From a candidate division FCPU426 bacterium (GTDB lineage Bacteria > Oederibacteriota > Muellerivitia > Muellerivitales > Muellerivitaceae), in assembly GCA_963847625.1 (NCBI GenBank), contig CAWKAR010000049.1, positions 32,001 to 96,000 of the forward strand: 64,000 nt of DNA, read 5' to 3'. The notes under the pieces were generated by a model, which saw only the letters and a list, made by a program, of their open reading frames with translations, was not told the origin of the DNA and did no database searches. The position numbers were made by a program, and so were the translations under genes. Shown in pieces: positions 38,278 through 51,182 of the stretch (within the stretch, counting starts at the first letter, position 1; each line of letters opens with the position of its first letter).

Positions 38278-38709
38278 TTAAACAATCTCCGGGAAAACCT
38301 GTGGAATCCCTGTCATTTCCTTCAACTTGATAATAATTGATTTCGGCATTCCTAAAACCACCCCGGGGGCTTTTTGAAAATTCACGAGAACCCTCTTATA
38401 AAAGGGGCCCTCCACTTCCCGGGCCGAAATGTCCTTCCAGGGAATGTATAGGGGGGCATGCCCCGTCTTGATGAAGTTGACGGCCTTGAGGGATAGGCCT
38501 TCACTGTCGGCCCCCAACTGGAGGGAAAAACCGTAGTTGACGATTCCCATCCGTCCCGAACCCAATAGGATCTTTCCTTTAAACGGGCCTGGCGCCGGGT
38601 AAACCTTCGCCAGGGTGGACCATACCCCCAGACGGGCGACCATGGGGCCGGTGCCGATGAGGATAACCACGACGGTGATAAGCAGAACCGGGATGAAATA
38701 GGGGGGCAT
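38278..38709 (-). CDS. Hypothetical membrane-anchored protein
   Basis: N-terminal TM segment, W..LA..Y and PLYIPW.DI motifs; GGAG upstream. Confidence 0.7.
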   Translation of the reverse strand: MPPYFIPVLLITVVVILIGTGPMVARLGVWSTLAKVYPAPGPFKGKILLGSGRMGIVNYGFSLQLGADSEGLSLKAVNFIKTGHAPLYIPWKDISAREVEGPFYKRVLVNFQKAPGVVLGMPKSIIIKLKEMTGIPQVFPEIV

Positions 38710-38820
38710 GGGTTTATGATTATCCCATCTCCATTTAGAGTCAAATCTCTTTTGGCAGTCAAGGGACGGTCCATCTCACCGCAGAGATGGGCAGGGCTAC
38801 CGGTGGACTGCGCCCCTGTC

Positions 38821-38947
38821 ATTGGGTTGCGACTTTTTATACTGGGTTGCTGGCCTTTTATACTGGGTTGCGGTCATCTTATACTGGGTTGCTGGCTTCC
38901 AATACTGGGTTCGCGGCTCAGGGCAGGCCGCCTTGTATACCGGGTTC
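38821..38947. repeat. Tandem 21-bp degenerate repeats with core ATACTGGGTTGC
   Basis: Five regularly spaced cores plus one more distant copy, with variable 8-9-nt spacers. Confidence 0.85.
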
Positions 38948-39006
38948 GAGAAAGCTCCCTGGGGTGGACTGGGTTTTGTGAATGGGTTTAGGTTTTATGG
39001 CAGGAT

Positions 39007-41784
39007 TCAGGTAAGAGGCTTGTCCTTGACGAGTTTGGGCTCCTTCACGGCCCGGACCTCGTCCAGCCTGGATACAGGCGTGTTGTGCGGGGCGGTCTTG
39101 AAAATTTCCGGGTTGGTTTCCATCTCCTTGCGGATCTTCAAAAGGGCCTCCACGAACTCGTCCAGGGTCTTCTTGGGCTCGGTCTCGGTGGGCTCCACCA
39201 TGATGGCCTCGTGCACCACCAGCGGGAAATAAATGGTGGGGGGATGGTAGTTGAAGTCGATGAGGCGCTTGGCGATGTCCAGCGCCGAGACGCCGAATCG
39301 CTTCTTCAAGGGCTCGGCTGTCAGCACGAACTCATGCTTGCAGATGCGGTCGTAGGCCGGCGGGTACTGGGCCTTCAGGCGGGCCAGCAGGTAATTGGCG
39401 TTCAGGGTGGCCACCCGGCCCACCCGTTCCAGCCCTTCCTTGCCTAGCCGCTTGCAGTAGGCCAGGGCCCTCAACAGCACGCCGAAGTTCCCGGTGTTCC
39501 CCTTCATGCGGCCAATGGACAGGGGCGACCCCGATTTCATGAAATAGCGGTTCCCTTCCTTGAAAATCCTCGGCTCGGGCAGGAAGGGTTCCAGGGCCTT
39601 GGTGCAGCCCACCGGGCCCGCGCCGGGCCCGCCGCCCCCGTGCGGGGTGGAAAAGGTCTTGTGCAGGTTCAAGTGCACCAGGTCGAAGCCCATGTCCGCG
39701 GGCCTGCAGATCCCCACGATGGCGTTCATGTTGGCCCCGTCGTAGTAAAGGAGGCCCCCGGCCTCGTGGACCAACCGGGCCACCTCCAGGATGTTTTCCT
39801 CGAACAACCCCAGGGTGCTGGGATTCGTGAGCATGAGGACCGCGGTGTCGCGGCCCAGTTTCATTTTCAAGGCCGCCACGTCCAAGTTGCCGCGGGCGTC
39901 GGTGGGGATAGAGACCGCCTTCCAGCCCGCCATGGTGGCCGAGGCCGGATTGGTTCCGTGGGCCGAGTCCGGCACGATCACGTTGACCCTCTGGTGGTCT
40001 CCCCGGTCGGCGAAATACCGCTTGGCCATCAAGAGCGAGGTGAGTTCCCCCTGGGCCCCGGCCGCGGGCTGAAGCGTCAGCGCGTGGCATCCGGTAATCT
40101 CCTTGAGCCACTGCTCCAGCTCATAGAGGACTTGGAGGGCGCCCTGGACCTCGCCCTCCCGCTGTGCGGGATGCAGTTCCGTCCAGGACGGTTGGGAGGC
40201 GATCTCCTCGTTCACCTTCGGGTTGTACTTCATGGTGCAGGAGCCCAGGGGGTAGAAACCCGTGTCGATGCAGAAATTCATGCGGGCCAACTCGGTAAAA
40301 TAACGCACCAATTCCACTTCCGAGTGTCCTGGGATGAGCAGATCGTCGCGGGTCTTCAGCCAGGGCGGCAGGGAGGCCGGCTTGGGGTCTTGGAAGGGGC
40401 TTTTCCGGGTTTGTTCCAGCTCTTCAAGCATGGTTCCTGTCAGGGGGTTCCCCCCGAAGGCCTGGCAGGCGGAAAGGAAGGCTTCCAGGTCCGCCGGACT
40501 CGTCAGTTCGGTGCAGGCCGCCAGGACGCAATCCTTGAATTCGGGATAATCCTTGGCCAGGTCGTAAGGCGCCACCAGGCCCCATTCGCTGAGAAATTCG
40601 GCGAACCCGGGCGAGGGTGGACGCACCACGAATTCATTGGCGAACCGGACCGTTTCAATCTTGAAGCCGGGAACCTTGGTGATTTCAATCGCCAGGGCGT
40701 GGGCAGCCGCGGCCCCTTCCCGGGCGGCATCCCTGGCCCCGGCCCCTCCCTTCATATATAACCAGGCGGAGGCGAAATTCGCCATGAGGGATTGGGTCGT
40801 GCAGACGTTCGAGGCGGCCCTTTCCCGGCGGATATGCTGTTCCCGGGCTTGGAAAGTCAGGACGCACCCCTTCTTGCCGTTCCGGTCGAGGGTTTCCCCC
40901 ACGATCCGGCCCGGCACCTGCCGGATATCCTCGAACCGGGCGGTCAGGAATCCCGAGTGGGGCCCTCCGAACATGAGGGGGTTCCCGAAGGATTGGGCGC
41001 TTCCGGCGCAAACGCCGGCCCCGAGGGACCCGGGGGAAGGAAGCAAGGCCAGGTTCATGGCCTCCGCCACGGCCGCCACCAGGAAGCAGTTCTTTTCCTT
41101 GCAGACCCTGGAGAGGGCTTCCAGGTCCTCGACGGTGCCGAAAAAGTTGGGGTACTGGACCACCACGACCGAGTTGGGCCAAAGGTCGGACTTCAGGGAT
41201 TCGAGGTCGGTTTCAGTTCCCTTCAGGGGAATTTCGCGGATCTTGTGTCCTTGGGGATTCAGGTAGGTTTGGATGACCTGCCGGTACTCAGGGTGGACGG
41301 CCCGGGAAACGTATACGAAAGACTCGGCTTTCTTCACCCGAAGGGCCAGAAGGGCGGCCTCGGCCACGGCGGAAGCGCCGTCATAGAGTGAGGCGTTGGA
41401 AACCTCCAGGCCCGTGAGTTCAGCCATGTAGGTCTGGAAATCGAACAGGGCCCTCAGGGTTCCCTGCGCGATCTCGGGCTGGTAGGGCGTGTAGGAGGTC
41501 AGGAATTCGGGCCGGGTCATTACCGCCTTCACGGCGGAGGGCACGTCGTGGTAATAAACCCCCGCGCCGAGGAAGCAGGGCCGGCTGAAGAGGGGATCGT
41601 TGCCGGAAGCCAGGCGGGCGAAATACCGCTTCAAGTCATGCTCGGAAAGGCCCCGGGGGAGGTTCAGCCCGTTTTTCAAGAGCACCCCGGGAGGGACATC
41701 GGCGAAAAGGTCGTCCAATTTCTTGACGCCGATGGTTTTCAGCATTTCTTTTTCATCTTCGGGTGTTATGGGGATATAGGCCAC
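39007..41784 (-). CDS. gcvP: Glycine dehydrogenase P protein, GcvPA-GcvPB fusion
   Basis: N-half [47 protein letters not shown]-half [43 protein letters not shown] at 41784 after GGAG. Confidence 0.93.
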   Translation of the reverse strand: MAYIPITPEDEKEMLKTIGVKKLDDLFADVPPGVLLKNGLNLPRGLSEHDLKRYFARLASGNDPLFSRPCFLGAGVYYHDVPSAVKAVMTRPEFLTSYTPYQPEIAQGTLRALFDFQTYMAELTGLEVSNASLYDGASAVAEAALLALRVKKAESFVYVSRAVHPEYRQVIQTYLNPQGHKIREIPLKGTETDLESLKSDLWPNSVVVVQYPNFFGTVEDLEALSRVCKEKNCFLVAAVAEAMNLALLPSPGSLGAGVCAGSAQSFGNPLMFGGPHSGFLTARFEDIRQVPGRIVGETLDRNGKKGCVLTFQAREQHIRRERAASNVCTTQSLMANFASAWLYMKGGAGARDAAREGAAAAHALAIEITKVPGFKIETVRFANEFVVRPPSPGFAEFLSEWGLVAPYDLAKDYPEFKDCVLAACTELTSPADLEAFLSACQAFGGNPLTGTMLEELEQTRKSPFQDPKPASLPPWLKTRDDLLIPGHSEVELVRYFTELARMNFCIDTGFYPLGSCTMKYNPKVNEEIASQPSWTELHPAQREGEVQGALQVLYELEQWLKEITGCHALTLQPAAGAQGELTSLLMAKRYFADRGDHQRVNVIVPDSAHGTNPASATMAGWKAVSIPTDARGNLDVAALKMKLGRDTAVLMLTNPSTLGLFEENILEVARLVHEAGGLLYYDGANMNAIVGICRPADMGFDLVHLNLHKTFSTPHGGGGPGAGPVGCTKALEPFLPEPRIFKEGNRYFMKSGSPLSIGRMKGNTGNFGVLLRALAYCKRLGKEGLERVGRVATLNANYLLARLKAQYPPAYDRICKHEFVLTAEPLKKRFGVSALDIAKRLIDFNYHPPTIYFPLVVHEAIMVEPTETEPKKTLDEFVEALLKIRKEMETNPEIFKTAPHNTPVSRLDEVRAVKEPKLVKDKPLT

Positions 41785-41846
41785 TCTAACTCCAGTCCAT
41801 GGTTCACCGCGTAATCTTATGGCTGCCAACAGCGAACTGACAGCTG

Positions 41847-42212
41847 TCAGCTACCGAGCGAAGCGAGATATTGTTCTTCCGTCATGTAGGCGTCCAACGC
41901 CCTGGGGTTGTCCATTTGAACCACCGCGATCCAACCCGCTCCCTCGGCGTCCTGGTTGATGAGCCCCGCCTGGTCTTTCAGCTTCCCGTTCACTTCCAGC
42001 ACCGTGCCAGACGGGCTATAGACGTCAGCCACCGCCTTGACCGACTCCAGGATGCAAAGGCTCTGCTGGGCCGCCAGTTTTTTCCCGACCTCGGGCAATT
42101 CGGCGAAAACGATATCGGAAAGCTGTTGGGCCGCGTGTTTGCTGATGCCGATCCGGATCTTGCCCGAGCCCAGGTCTTCGTACCACTCGTGGGTTTTGGC
42201 GAACTTGCGCAT
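41847..42212 (-). CDS. gcvH: Glycine cleavage system H protein
   Basis: THEW, IGIS.HA...L.DIVF.ELP, lipoyl-lysine motif [12 protein letters not shown]. Confidence 0.93.
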   Translation of the reverse strand: MRKFAKTHEWYEDLGSGKIRIGISKHAAQQLSDIVFAELPEVGKKLAAQQSLCILESVKAVADVYSPSGTVLEVNGKLKDQAGLINQDAEGAGWIAVVQMDNPRALDAYMTEEQYLASLGS

Positions 42213-42355
42213 GAATACTCCTCAAGACGGCAGTTGGCGGATAGCGGATGGGTCACCGCCAAGAACTAACCGTTATTTGCTGATTTTTACCGGAAGGTGT
42301 TGGAGGGCGTGGGAAATGTTCACGACTATATCAAAAACCCGCTGGTTTTCCAAAC

Positions 42356-42910
42356 TTATCGGCGGGATTTTCGGTGGAAACCTGATGTTCTTTTTTTGCC
42401 CCTCTTTGAAATTTCACGGTACGAATTTTCCAGTAAATTCTTCCGCGGCACTTCGAATATTTCGAGGAGTTTCCTCGCCTTGGATTCCTCAATCGCCCGT
42501 TTCCGGGAAGTGTCCCCCTGGTAAACCGCCTCGAGTTCTAGGAAATTGCCAAGGCCCTTGACCTGGTCGAGATGGACTCGGACGTTCCCCACCAGGTAAA
42601 TATCCCTTTGTTTTTCCACCACCTCATCCGTTCCCAAAAGAGCCTTGAGAAGTTTCTTCACTTTTGGGGCGTCTTGCACGGGTATCACGGCGTAATCGCA
42701 TTTCTTGGGCCCCCGGCGGTCCGGCCGGAGGTAGGGGATGAGTTCCGCCCCGCCCAGGGTGGATTCGCGCAGTTTAAACCGGCCTTTTCGCGTCACGAAG
42801 TAGGTATCGACCTGGCGGTCCCGGCCCTTGAACCAGGCGTTCAATCCCTTGGCGATGCGCCGGGCCTTGGCCAAATCGGGATACAGGGCTTTTATCTCAA
42901 TGTTCGGCAT
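42356..42910 (-). CDS. CYTH-domain protein (class IV adenylate cyclase-like)
   Basis: NIEIKA (ExExK-like), QVDTYF, KLRE, VEKQR, VHLDQVKGLGNFLELE; ATG 42910 after AGGAGGG. Confidence 0.9.
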   Translation of the reverse strand: MPNIEIKALYPDLAKARRIAKGLNAWFKGRDRQVDTYFVTRKGRFKLRESTLGGAELIPYLRPDRRGPKKCDYAVIPVQDAPKVKKLLKALLGTDEVVEKQRDIYLVGNVRVHLDQVKGLGNFLELEAVYQGDTSRKRAIEESKARKLLEIFEVPRKNLLENSYREISKRGKKRTSGFHRKSRR

Positions 42911-43077
42911 GGGTTTTCCCTCCTGACTCCATGAAGTTCCGGATGGGTTCCGGTTTTTTTTAATCAGCTCAATCCACATCTATCAGAATTTACCAGTGTA
43001 AATGGGTGTTTCCCTTTATTTTGCCGTTCATTGTCAATTATTCATTTTTCATTGTCATCCCGCAACTGTGGGATGAC

Positions 43078-44865
43078 CTAATCCCCAAGGCCGTACTTCC
43101 GGGGGGAAATCTTTAAATTCCTGCCGAAGAATTGGACCAGGGAACTGGCCGAGCTGAATCCGCATTCCTGGGCTATCCGTTCCAGGGTCAAATTCCCCTC
43201 CCGCAGGAGATCCTTGGCTTTCTCAAGCCTTGCTTTCCTGATATAAGTCCCGAAGGACATGCCCGTGATCTTCTTAAACCATTTCAGAAAAGTCGACCTA
43301 GATAAACCCGCGCGCTTGCTCAGGGCCGTGAGGCGCCAAGGCTGGCTCGGATCCCTGTTGATTCCCGAGAGGATCGAATTCAACCGGGCAGCCACGGACG
43401 CTTCCCGGGGCTTGTCCTGGTAACGCACTAGGGCATCTACCGATTCCCGGAAAACCGTCACTAAATCCGGAAAGGTATAGGCTGAATCCAAGCGCTTGAT
43501 CAAATCCTTCCCTAGGGTCCTGGCCACCGCCGGTTCCAATGCGGAACGGCGCTCAATCTGTTCCAATAGAATATGTAGGACGGACAACATGTAGGCTCGG
43601 GAAATCTCGGGGCCATACCCAGTGTAAAGCAATTGGCGGATGAAGCGTTCACGGGCTAGGGCCAGTTGGGTCGTGGAGGAACGCGCCAGGGATTCCGATA
43701 GGTTCCGGATGAGGTCGCGCATTTCGGAGGTGGACATGATTTCGGGTTGGAGATCCATTGCCTCGGAAAAAACCAGGGTCTTTCCCATCTGGACAGCCGA
43801 GTGAAGAGAGGTCACGGCTTCGCGGTAAGACTTGGTCAGGTTCTCGCCCCCCGGAATGATTGAACCGATACCCGCCAGGACTTTCGTGTGAAGCTTTTTT
43901 TCAAGGTTTCTACAAAGAACTTGGATTTTTTCCCGGACTTCCAAACGGGCCTGGACCTTGGACAGCCCGGGTTTCGCGGAGGTCAATACGATGGCGCCGT
44001 AATCTCCCAGGGGGCGGGAGGTGGTCTCGGAAATTTTACGGGCCGCCAGGTAGCATTCGTGCTGGAAGTTCCGAGCCAGGCAGAGGATATCCAGAGTCCC
44101 GGCCTTCATTTCGGGCTTTTGCGGCATCAGGGCGGCCACGACGGTGGGCATCCGGCTGATGCCCATTTCCTCACGAGTCCAGCTTGGAAGAACGTACCCT
44201 TTTTCAGGTTTGGCGAAGAATTTGTCGATACCAATAGCCCAGTCCACCCAGTAAGGGTGCGGCAGGCGGCAGGCGAAAACATCCACCCGAAGGTGGTTGA
44301 GTTCCCGGATGATCCCGGGGGTTTCCTCACCAGCCATCCATTGCGAGAAAAGCTCTAGAAGGCGGCTGCAACCCTCAAGACCTTCCTGATCCAGGATGGG
44401 GGTGTTGAGCGCCACCTGGACGTAATGCAGGAAATCGGGGTTCAGGTCGGAGCCTTCTACCCCGGTCAGGTTCTTCCAGTGCCTACGGAGGGTTTCCGGT
44501 GTGGGGCACTTGTCGAGCACCGGGCCGGATACGAAAAATCCGTCGCAACGTCCTTCCACCAGGAATGGCGTGAAAAAATCCACATAGTCACCGAAACGCG
44601 AGATGACGGGGCGCTTTTCTCGTAAAAGTCGATCGAAATTCTGCTGGAGGTAGGCATCCCGTTTGCTGATCTTGCCGAAATATTCCTCAAAATGGGAGGG
44701 TTGGAGGTATTGCTTGGTGGGGAAAACAAGCGTCCAGCTGTTCCTGTTATTAGCGGAAACAAAAAGGCAAAGTCGTCCAAGATTCAGGTTAAAAAGAACT
44801 TGAATGATGCTGAAGGCTTCCAAACGCCTGGGCACAGGCTGGTGAAAAGTGGGTTGCTGAAGCAT
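43078..44865 (-). CDS. AraC-family transcriptional regulator with large N-terminal sensory region
   Basis: C-terminal LSKRAGLSRSTF...FKK.TG..F..YI...RLEKAKDLL...IAQECGFSSASS; N-terminal region is PocR-like (inferred). Confidence 0.88.
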   Translation of the reverse strand: MLQQPTFHQPVPRRLEAFSIIQVLFNLNLGRLCLFVSANNRNSWTLVFPTKQYLQPSHFEEYFGKISKRDAYLQQNFDRLLREKRPVISRFGDYVDFFTPFLVEGRCDGFFVSGPVLDKCPTPETLRRHWKNLTGVEGSDLNPDFLHYVQVALNTPILDQEGLEGCSRLLELFSQWMAGEETPGIIRELNHLRVDVFACRLPHPYWVDWAIGIDKFFAKPEKGYVLPSWTREEMGISRMPTVVAALMPQKPEMKAGTLDILCLARNFQHECYLAARKISETTSRPLGDYGAIVLTSAKPGLSKVQARLEVREKIQVLCRNLEKKLHTKVLAGIGSIIPGGENLTKSYREAVTSLHSAVQMGKTLVFSEAMDLQPEIMSTSEMRDLIRNLSESLARSSTTQLALARERFIRQLLYTGYGPEISRAYMLSVLHILLEQIERRSALEPAVARTLGKDLIKRLDSAYTFPDLVTVFRESVDALVRYQDKPREASVAARLNSILSGINRDPSQPWRLTALSKRAGLSRSTFLKWFKKITGMSFGTYIRKARLEKAKDLLREGNLTLERIAQECGFSSASSLVQFFGRNLKISPRKYGLGD

Positions 44866-45056
44866 TTTCCCCCCCCAAAAAATTCCAATTAAATCGCTGG
44901 AATGAATTGTTTTTCAGTGAATTTCAAGTGATTCTCTGTCGACGAAGCATTATACTAATTATAAATTATATTTATACTTATTATAAATCTATTTCTTTGA
45001 CTTTTGGTATCCTTCCATTCAGAAACTATCCTTGTGCTGACACATAAAGCGATGAC

Positions 45057-48000
45057 ATGGTGTTGGAAATTTTATTAAAAAGAAACCGTTTTCAGTCTTT
45101 CCGCGCTTTCCACTTCCGTGGGTTGGTTTTCATTCTTTTATTCGCCCTATTTTCCCGGCCGTCTTCCTTATTATCCCAAACCTACACTTGGAGCAACGTT
45201 ACGGTGCCCGCCGGGGGTTTTGTGGCCGGCATTGATTACAGTCCCGTGTCCCAGGGGCTTCTTTACGCCCGCACCGACATGGGCGGTTTCTACCGCTGGG
45301 ATAACACTAACAACGTTTGGGTCCCCTTGACCGACATGTACGGTACCAGCCAATACACTTATTTCGGCGGGGAAAGCATCGCCCCCGATCCCAAAAACGG
45401 CAATGTGGTTTACGCAGCGGCGGGAATGTACGAGACCAACGGCGACGGCGTGATCCTCAGTTCCACCAACCAGGGCAACAGTTGGACCGTCAACACCATC
45501 GCCGTTTCCATGGGCGGGAACAATGACGGACGCGAAGCCGGGGAACGCCTGGCGGTCGATCCCAACCTGACCTCCACCCTATATTTCGCCTCACGTAGCC
45601 AGGGTCTTTGGAAAAGCACCAATACCGCCGCCAGTTGGAGCCAGGTCACCAGTTTCCCGGTAAACGGCGACGCCGGTTACGGCTTGAGTTACGTCATTTT
45701 CGACACTCACGGCACTTCAGGCACCGCTTCGGCGACCATTTATGTCGGGGTAGAGGCCATGAACTCGGGAAACAGCAACCTCTACCGGTCCACGAACGCC
45801 GGTGCCAACTGGACTCTCGTCGCGGGCGGCCCCACCAACATGATCACTCCCCACGCCTCCCTCGGAACCGACGGAACTTTGTGGGTCGTTTATGACAGTG
45901 GCGGTTACGGTCCGAACAACATCACCACCGGGCAGATTTGGAAACTGAACACCGGCACCCTGGCCTGGACGAATGTCACCCCGCCGGGGCCGGCCAGCGG
46001 AAACGGCGGCTATGGCGGTATTTGTGTGGATTCGGAAAGCGTCAGCCATGTGGTAGTTTCCACCCTGGATTGGTGGGGCGGGCCGGATAAAATCTTCAAT
46101 ACCGCGAACGCCGGGAGCGCTTGGACGACCATCGGAAACGAGAACGTCGGTTGGAACGCGTCTCCTTTCGCCACCTACAACCTCAACAGCGCGGAATGGA
46201 CCCTTTTCTGCGGAACCAACGCTGGAGGCACGGGCTGGCAAGGGGACGTGAAGATCGACCCCTTCAATTCCAACAACGCCATTTACACGACTGGCGGCGG
46301 GGTTTGGAGCAGTACGGATATCCTCAACGCCACGACGGCCGCCATCACTTGGACCTTCACCGACTACGGCCTGGAAGAAACCGCGGCGACCGACATGATC
46401 ACCTCGGCGCCCGGCGGGATTTTTTTCAGCGCTTTCGGCGATATCGGCGGAATGCGGCATCCCAACCTGACACAATCCCCCCCGCTGGGAATGTACTGTA
46501 CCCCCGAATTCACCAATACGAACGGAATCGACTTCGCCGAATCCGCCCTCAATACGCTGGTGCGAGTGGGAAACTCGGGCGCCATCACGACGGACGGAGC
46601 CTATTCGACGAATAACGGTCAGACATGGACCCCCATGGCGGCCCTTCCTGAAACGACGGACGACGAAATGCAATCTGTCGCCATTTCCGCGAACGGTCTT
46701 ACGATATTGGCGGTTCCCTACAACGGTTACGGAAATCCCAGTTATTCCAGCAATTTCGGCTCCAGTTGGACGGCCAGTTCGGGCCTTCCGGCGGGGGCCC
46801 AAATCGCCTCGGACAGGGTTGATTCGAATATTTTCTACGGCCTTTCCGGCACCACCCTTTATGTCAGCACCAACGGCGGGTCCAGTTTCTCCAGCGCGGG
46901 GACCTACGCGGGAACCATCTCTTGGGACAACCGGCCCCGGCCCGTTTTTGGGATTGCCGGCGAAGTCTGGGTGCCGACCAGCAGCGGCCTTTACCGTTTC
47001 ACCAACGTAGGACTTGGCACGGTCACCACCACCCAAATCGCCAACGTTTCCAGCGCCATCAACGTGGGTTTCGGAAAGGCCGCGACCGGCTACACTCACC
47101 CAGCGGTATACCTGGTTGGGACAGTGAGCGGAACTTACGGTTTCTTCCGTTGCGACGATGGAGTCGGGACCACTTGGACCCGCATCAATGACGCCAACCA
47201 CCAGTTCGGCGCCGCTGAGTTCGCCGCGGGGGACGAAACGGTTTACGGACGCATGTATATAGGAACCAATGGGCGCGGAATTCTCTATGGCGATATATCG
47301 GGAACTGTCGCTACCAATACCCCGACCCGGACTTTTTCTCCAACATTAACTGGTACATCCACGAATACACCAACGCGGACTTCCACCTCCACAGCGACCC
47401 CGACTAGCACCCCAACCAGGACTTCCACTCCGACATCCACCATCACGAATACCCAAACCAACACTTCAACCTATACCCGGACGAATACGCCGACGAACAC
47501 CTCCACCCCAACGTCGACCCCGACTTCCACCAACACCCGGACCAATACGCCGACTTATTCGGCAACCAACACTTCCACGAATTCGGCGACCAGCACCCTG
47601 ACCCCCACCCGGACAAACTCACCGACTAACACAGTTACGACCACATCCACAAATACAATCGCCAACACGGCCACGAGTACGGCAACATCCACCTCCACCC
47701 CAACAAGAACGAACTCTTCGACCAATACAGTCACGACCACACCCACCAAAACTCCGACTAGCACTGCTACAAATACAGCGACTTCCACTCCAACTCCAAC
47801 CAGGACGATCTCACCAACCAATACAGTTACGACTACAGCCACGAATACCCCGACCAGCACGGCTACGAGTACGGCAACACCCACTTCCACCGCGACCCGG
47901 ACGAACTCGCCGACCATTACCGTCACGACCACACCCACAAATACACCGACCAGCACTGCTACAAATACAGCGACTTCCACTCCAACTCCAACCAGGACGA

Positions 48001-51000
48001 TCTCACCAACCAATACAGTTACGACTACAGCCACGAATACCCCGACCAGCACGGCTACGAGTACGGCAACACCCACTTCCACCGCGACCCGGACGAACTC
48101 GCCGACCATTACCGTCACGACCACACCCACAAATACACCGACCAGCACAGCTACGAATACAGTGACTTCCACTCCAACTCCAACCAGGACGAACTCACCA
48201 ACCAATACGATTACAACTACTCCGACGAATACACCCACGAATACCCAGACGAATACGTCAACAACCACAGTAACCCCCACCCCAACCGAAACAAGAACGA
48301 ACACCCAGGCCAATACACCGACTTCCACGTCGACCAATACTTCAACGAGTACTTCTACGTCCACGCTGACGAACACTTCTACCTACACGAAGACAAACAC
48401 CCCGACTTCTACTTCCACCTCAACAGCAACCTATACATCGACGGTGACGTCTACGGTAACCAACACCAACACAGGTACCACATCACCCACAAACACACCG
48501 ACTAACACATCCACTCTCACCAACACGCTGACGCGTACACAGACACCCACATCCACAAATATAGCAACCTATACCCCGACGCCAACCGTGACGAGCACCT
48601 CCACCAGCACGTCTACGGCGACGTTGACTAAGACAACGGCCCCTACCTCCACGAACACCCCATCGAGCACGGCCACATCCACGCCGACCAATACGCTCAC
48701 AAATACGGTAACTACCACGTCCACCCCAACCCGGACATATACACCCACGAATACGCTGACATCCACGTTGACCAATACTTCGACGAATACCTCTACGCCT
48801 ACCTCGACGAACACTTTAACCAGCACGAGAACGAATACACCCCCCTCTACTTCCACCGCAACGGCCACTAGTACATCGACAATGACGCCTACGGTCACCA
48901 ATACCAACACGGGAACCACATCACCCACACCGACTTACACCAACACCCCAACCCGTACGCAAACCCCAACCCCGACGAATACGGCAACTTCTACCTCGAC
49001 TTTGACCATGACCAATACCTCCACCAACACGCCTACGGCGACACCGTCTCGGACACCCCCTCCAACCTCCACAAATACCCCATCAAATACCTCCACGCCC
49101 ACATTGACGAACACTTTAACCAGCACGAGAACGAATACGCCCACCTCTACCCTCAACGCAACGGCCACCCATACTCCGACCGTGACACCTACGCTCACCA
49201 ATACCAGCACGGGAACCACATCACCCACACCGACTTACACCAACACCCCAACCCGTACGCAAACCCCAACCCCGACGAATACGGCAACTTCTACCTCGAC
49301 TTTGACCATGACCAATACCTCCACCAACACGCCTACGGCGACACCGTCTCGAACACCCACTCCAACCTCCACAAATACCCCATCAAATACCTATACACCT
49401 ACCTCGACGAACACTTTAACCAGCACGAGAACGAATACGCCCACCTCTACCCTCACCGCAACGGCCACCCATACTCCGACCGTGACACCTACGCTCACCA
49501 ATACCAGCACGGGAACCACATCACCCACACCGACTTACACGATCACCTTAACCCATACGCAGACACCAACATCCACGAATACAGCAACTTCTACCCCGAC
49601 CCCGACGGTGACGAACACCTCCACCAACACGCCCACGGTAACGCCGACTTGGACATTGACTCCTACCTCTACGAATACCCCGTCGAATACGGCGACATCC
49701 ACGCCGACCAATCCTTTGACGGGAACCTCTACGCCTACCCTGACGAACACTTTAACTAGCACGAGGACGAATACGCCGACCTCTACTCCCACCGCAACGG
49801 CCACCCATACTCTGACCGTTACACCTTCGGTAACCAGCACCTCTACCGGGACTCAGTCGCCTACACCCACTGCGACTAACACGTCCACCATCACTGAAAC
49901 ACCGACCCGTACGTTCACCGGGACATCAACCAGCACGCCGACAAACACCCCAAGCGCGACAGCCTCCCAGACTCCAACGACTTCTTTGACATTAACTGGG
50001 ACACTAACGCCTACGAACACCTCTACCCCGACTCATACGATGACAAATACGCCGACATCAACCTCCACCAATAGTGCTACGAACACGCCCACGCCCACCT
50101 TTACCAGCACTTCGACAAGTACAATGACCAATACTCCTTCGAGCACTGCTACCAGCACATCCACGAATACGTTGTCTGATACGCCCACACACACGCCGAC
50201 AAATACTCCCACGAATACACCGATTAACACATTAACTCCAACGGTAACACCTACAGTCACCAACACCAAAACTGGAACTCAATCACCTACGCCTACGGCG
50301 ACAAACACGCCTACGCTTACCAACAGCGCGACATCCTCCCAGACTCCTACGGCTTCTTTAACATCAACTGGGACACCGACCTATACACTGACGGGGACCT
50401 CGACGGATTCGATGACGCCTTCGGCTTCGCCAACACCGACACCAACGCCAACAAACACGTCCACCCCGACTCGGACCATGACCAACACTCCGACGCCAAC
50501 TCCCACCAACAGCGCGACGAACACGCCCACTCCCACCTTTACCAGTACTTCGACAAGTACCAGGACCAGTACTTCCACAAGTACGGCCACACTCACGCCG
50601 ACGATGACCGATACCCCAACGAATACGTTTACGACCACGTCCACCTATACGGTAATGCCTTCACTTACGGGGACTTTCACTGTTACCCCGACCTCTACCC
50701 CAACGAGTACTTCGACGAATACGCCCACAGTTACTTCGAAGGAAACCGCGACTCCGGTTGGAAAAAATGGAGTGCTTGTTTATCCAAACCCGGTGAAGGG
50801 CCAAGGCCCGGTGACGGTCCACATCACTTTGACCCAAAAGGAATCGCTTGTTCGGGTCGAGATATTCACGTTGGCCTTCCGGAAGGTAAATGAGATTGAT
50901 CTCACCCAAGTACCGGCGGGGACTACCAGTGTTTCCATCCCCCTGACGGATAAGGGAGGAATACCCCTGGCCAACGGCCTCTATTACGTGGTTGTCCAAA

Positions 51001-51044
51001 CACCCCAGGGACGTTTCGTAGCAAAACTCCTCGTTTTGAGTTAA
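45057..51044 (+). CDS. Secreted GH74 (xyloglucanase-like) enzyme + ~1150-aa Thr-rich linker + T9SS-type-A-like CTD
   Basis: [13 protein letters not shown] and SAFGDIGG (both GH74 catalytic Asp positions), [28 protein letters not shown]-terminus YPNP...[10 protein letters not shown]...KLLVLS. Confidence 0.9.
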   Translation: MVLEILLKRNRFQSFRAFHFRGLVFILLFALFSRPSSLLSQTYTWSNVTVPAGGFVAGIDYSPVSQGLLYARTDMGGFYRWDNTNNVWVPLTDMYGTSQYTYFGGESIAPDPKNGNVVYAAAGMYETNGDGVILSSTNQGNSWTVNTIAVSMGGNNDGREAGERLAVDPNLTSTLYFASRSQGLWKSTNTAASWSQVTSFPVNGDAGYGLSYVIFDTHGTSGTASATIYVGVEAMNSGNSNLYRSTNAGANWTLVAGGPTNMITPHASLGTDGTLWVVYDSGGYGPNNITTGQIWKLNTGTLAWTNVTPPGPASGNGGYGGICVDSESVSHVVVSTLDWWGGPDKIFNTANAGSAWTTIGNENVGWNASPFATYNLNSAEWTLFCGTNAGGTGWQGDVKIDPFNSNNAIYTTGGGVWSSTDILNATTAAITWTFTDYGLEETAATDMITSAPGGIFFSAFGDIGGMRHPNLTQSPPLGMYCTPEFTNTNGIDFAESALNTLVRVGNSGAITTDGAYSTNNGQTWTPMAALPETTDDEMQSVAISANGLTILAVPYNGYGNPSYSSNFGSSWTASSGLPAGAQIASDRVDSNIFYGLSGTTLYVSTNGGSSFSSAGTYAGTISWDNRPRPVFGIAGEVWVPTSSGLYRFTNVGLGTVTTTQIANVSSAINVGFGKAATGYTHPAVYLVGTVSGTYGFFRCDDGVGTTWTRINDANHQFGAAEFAAGDETVYGRMYIGTNGRGILYGDISGTVATNTPTRTFSPTLTGTSTNTPTRTSTSTATPTSTPTRTSTPTSTITNTQTNTSTYTRTNTPTNTSTPTSTPTSTNTRTNTPTYSATNTSTNSATSTLTPTRTNSPTNTVTTTSTNTIANTATSTATSTSTPTRTNSSTNTVTTTPTKTPTSTATNTATSTPTPTRTISPTNTVTTTATNTPTSTATSTATPTSTATRTNSPTITVTTTPTNTPTSTATNTATSTPTPTRTISPTNTVTTTATNTPTSTATSTATPTSTATRTNSPTITVTTTPTNTPTSTATNTVTSTPTPTRTNSPTNTITTTPTNTPTNTQTNTSTTTVTPTPTETRTNTQANTPTSTSTNTSTSTSTSTLTNTSTYTKTNTPTSTSTSTATYTSTVTSTVTNTNTGTTSPTNTPTNTSTLTNTLTRTQTPTSTNIATYTPTPTVTSTSTSTSTATLTKTTAPTSTNTPSSTATSTPTNTLTNTVTTTSTPTRTYTPTNTLTSTLTNTSTNTSTPTSTNTLTSTRTNTPPSTSTATATSTSTMTPTVTNTNTGTTSPTPTYTNTPTRTQTPTPTNTATSTSTLTMTNTSTNTPTATPSRTPPPTSTNTPSNTSTPTLTNTLTSTRTNTPTSTLNATATHTPTVTPTLTNTSTGTTSPTPTYTNTPTRTQTPTPTNTATSTSTLTMTNTSTNTPTATPSRTPTPTSTNTPSNTYTPTSTNTLTSTRTNTPTSTLTATATHTPTVTPTLTNTSTGTTSPTPTYTITLTHTQTPTSTNTATSTPTPTVTNTSTNTPTVTPTWTLTPTSTNTPSNTATSTPTNPLTGTSTPTLTNTLTSTRTNTPTSTPTATATHTLTVTPSVTSTSTGTQSPTPTATNTSTITETPTRTFTGTSTSTPTNTPSATASQTPTTSLTLTGTLTPTNTSTPTHTMTNTPTSTSTNSATNTPTPTFTSTSTSTMTNTPSSTATSTSTNTLSDTPTHTPTNTPTNTPINTLTPTVTPTVTNTKTGTQSPTPTATNTPTLTNSATSSQTPTASLTSTGTPTYTLTGTSTDSMTPSASPTPTPTPTNTSTPTRTMTNTPTPTPTNSATNTPTPTFTSTSTSTRTSTSTSTATLTPTMTDTPTNTFTTTSTYTVMPSLTGTFTVTPTSTPTSTSTNTPTVTSKETATPVGKNGVLVYPNPVKGQGPVTVHITLTQKESLVRVEIFTLAFRKVNEIDLTQVPAGTTSVSIPLTDKGGIPLANGLYYVVVQTPQGRFVAKLLVLS
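47761..49540 (+). repeat. Internal tandem duplications in the GH74 linker (192-bp and 300-bp units)
   Basis: Near-identical blocks start at 47761/47953/48145 and at 48901/49201/49501. Confidence 0.9.
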
Positions 51045-51182
51045 GCTACTTGCATAAATATATCGACAATTATGTCGGGTGCCTCTGCAAGCTAAAGATT
51101 CGGGAAGCGGATCTGGAAAGTTTTTAATTTCCCTTAATCAAATCTCCAATACTTTCATCGCCGCCGAGACTTAGGAGAGCTG

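Noticed and set aside
38821..38947. Possible CRISPR array
   Set aside because: The 12-bp core and 8-9-nt spacers are far too short, and there are no cas genes in the window.
42213..42355. Glycine riboswitch upstream of gcvH
   Set aside because: I could not find the GGAGA / CCGAAG / CTCTCAGG aptamer elements.
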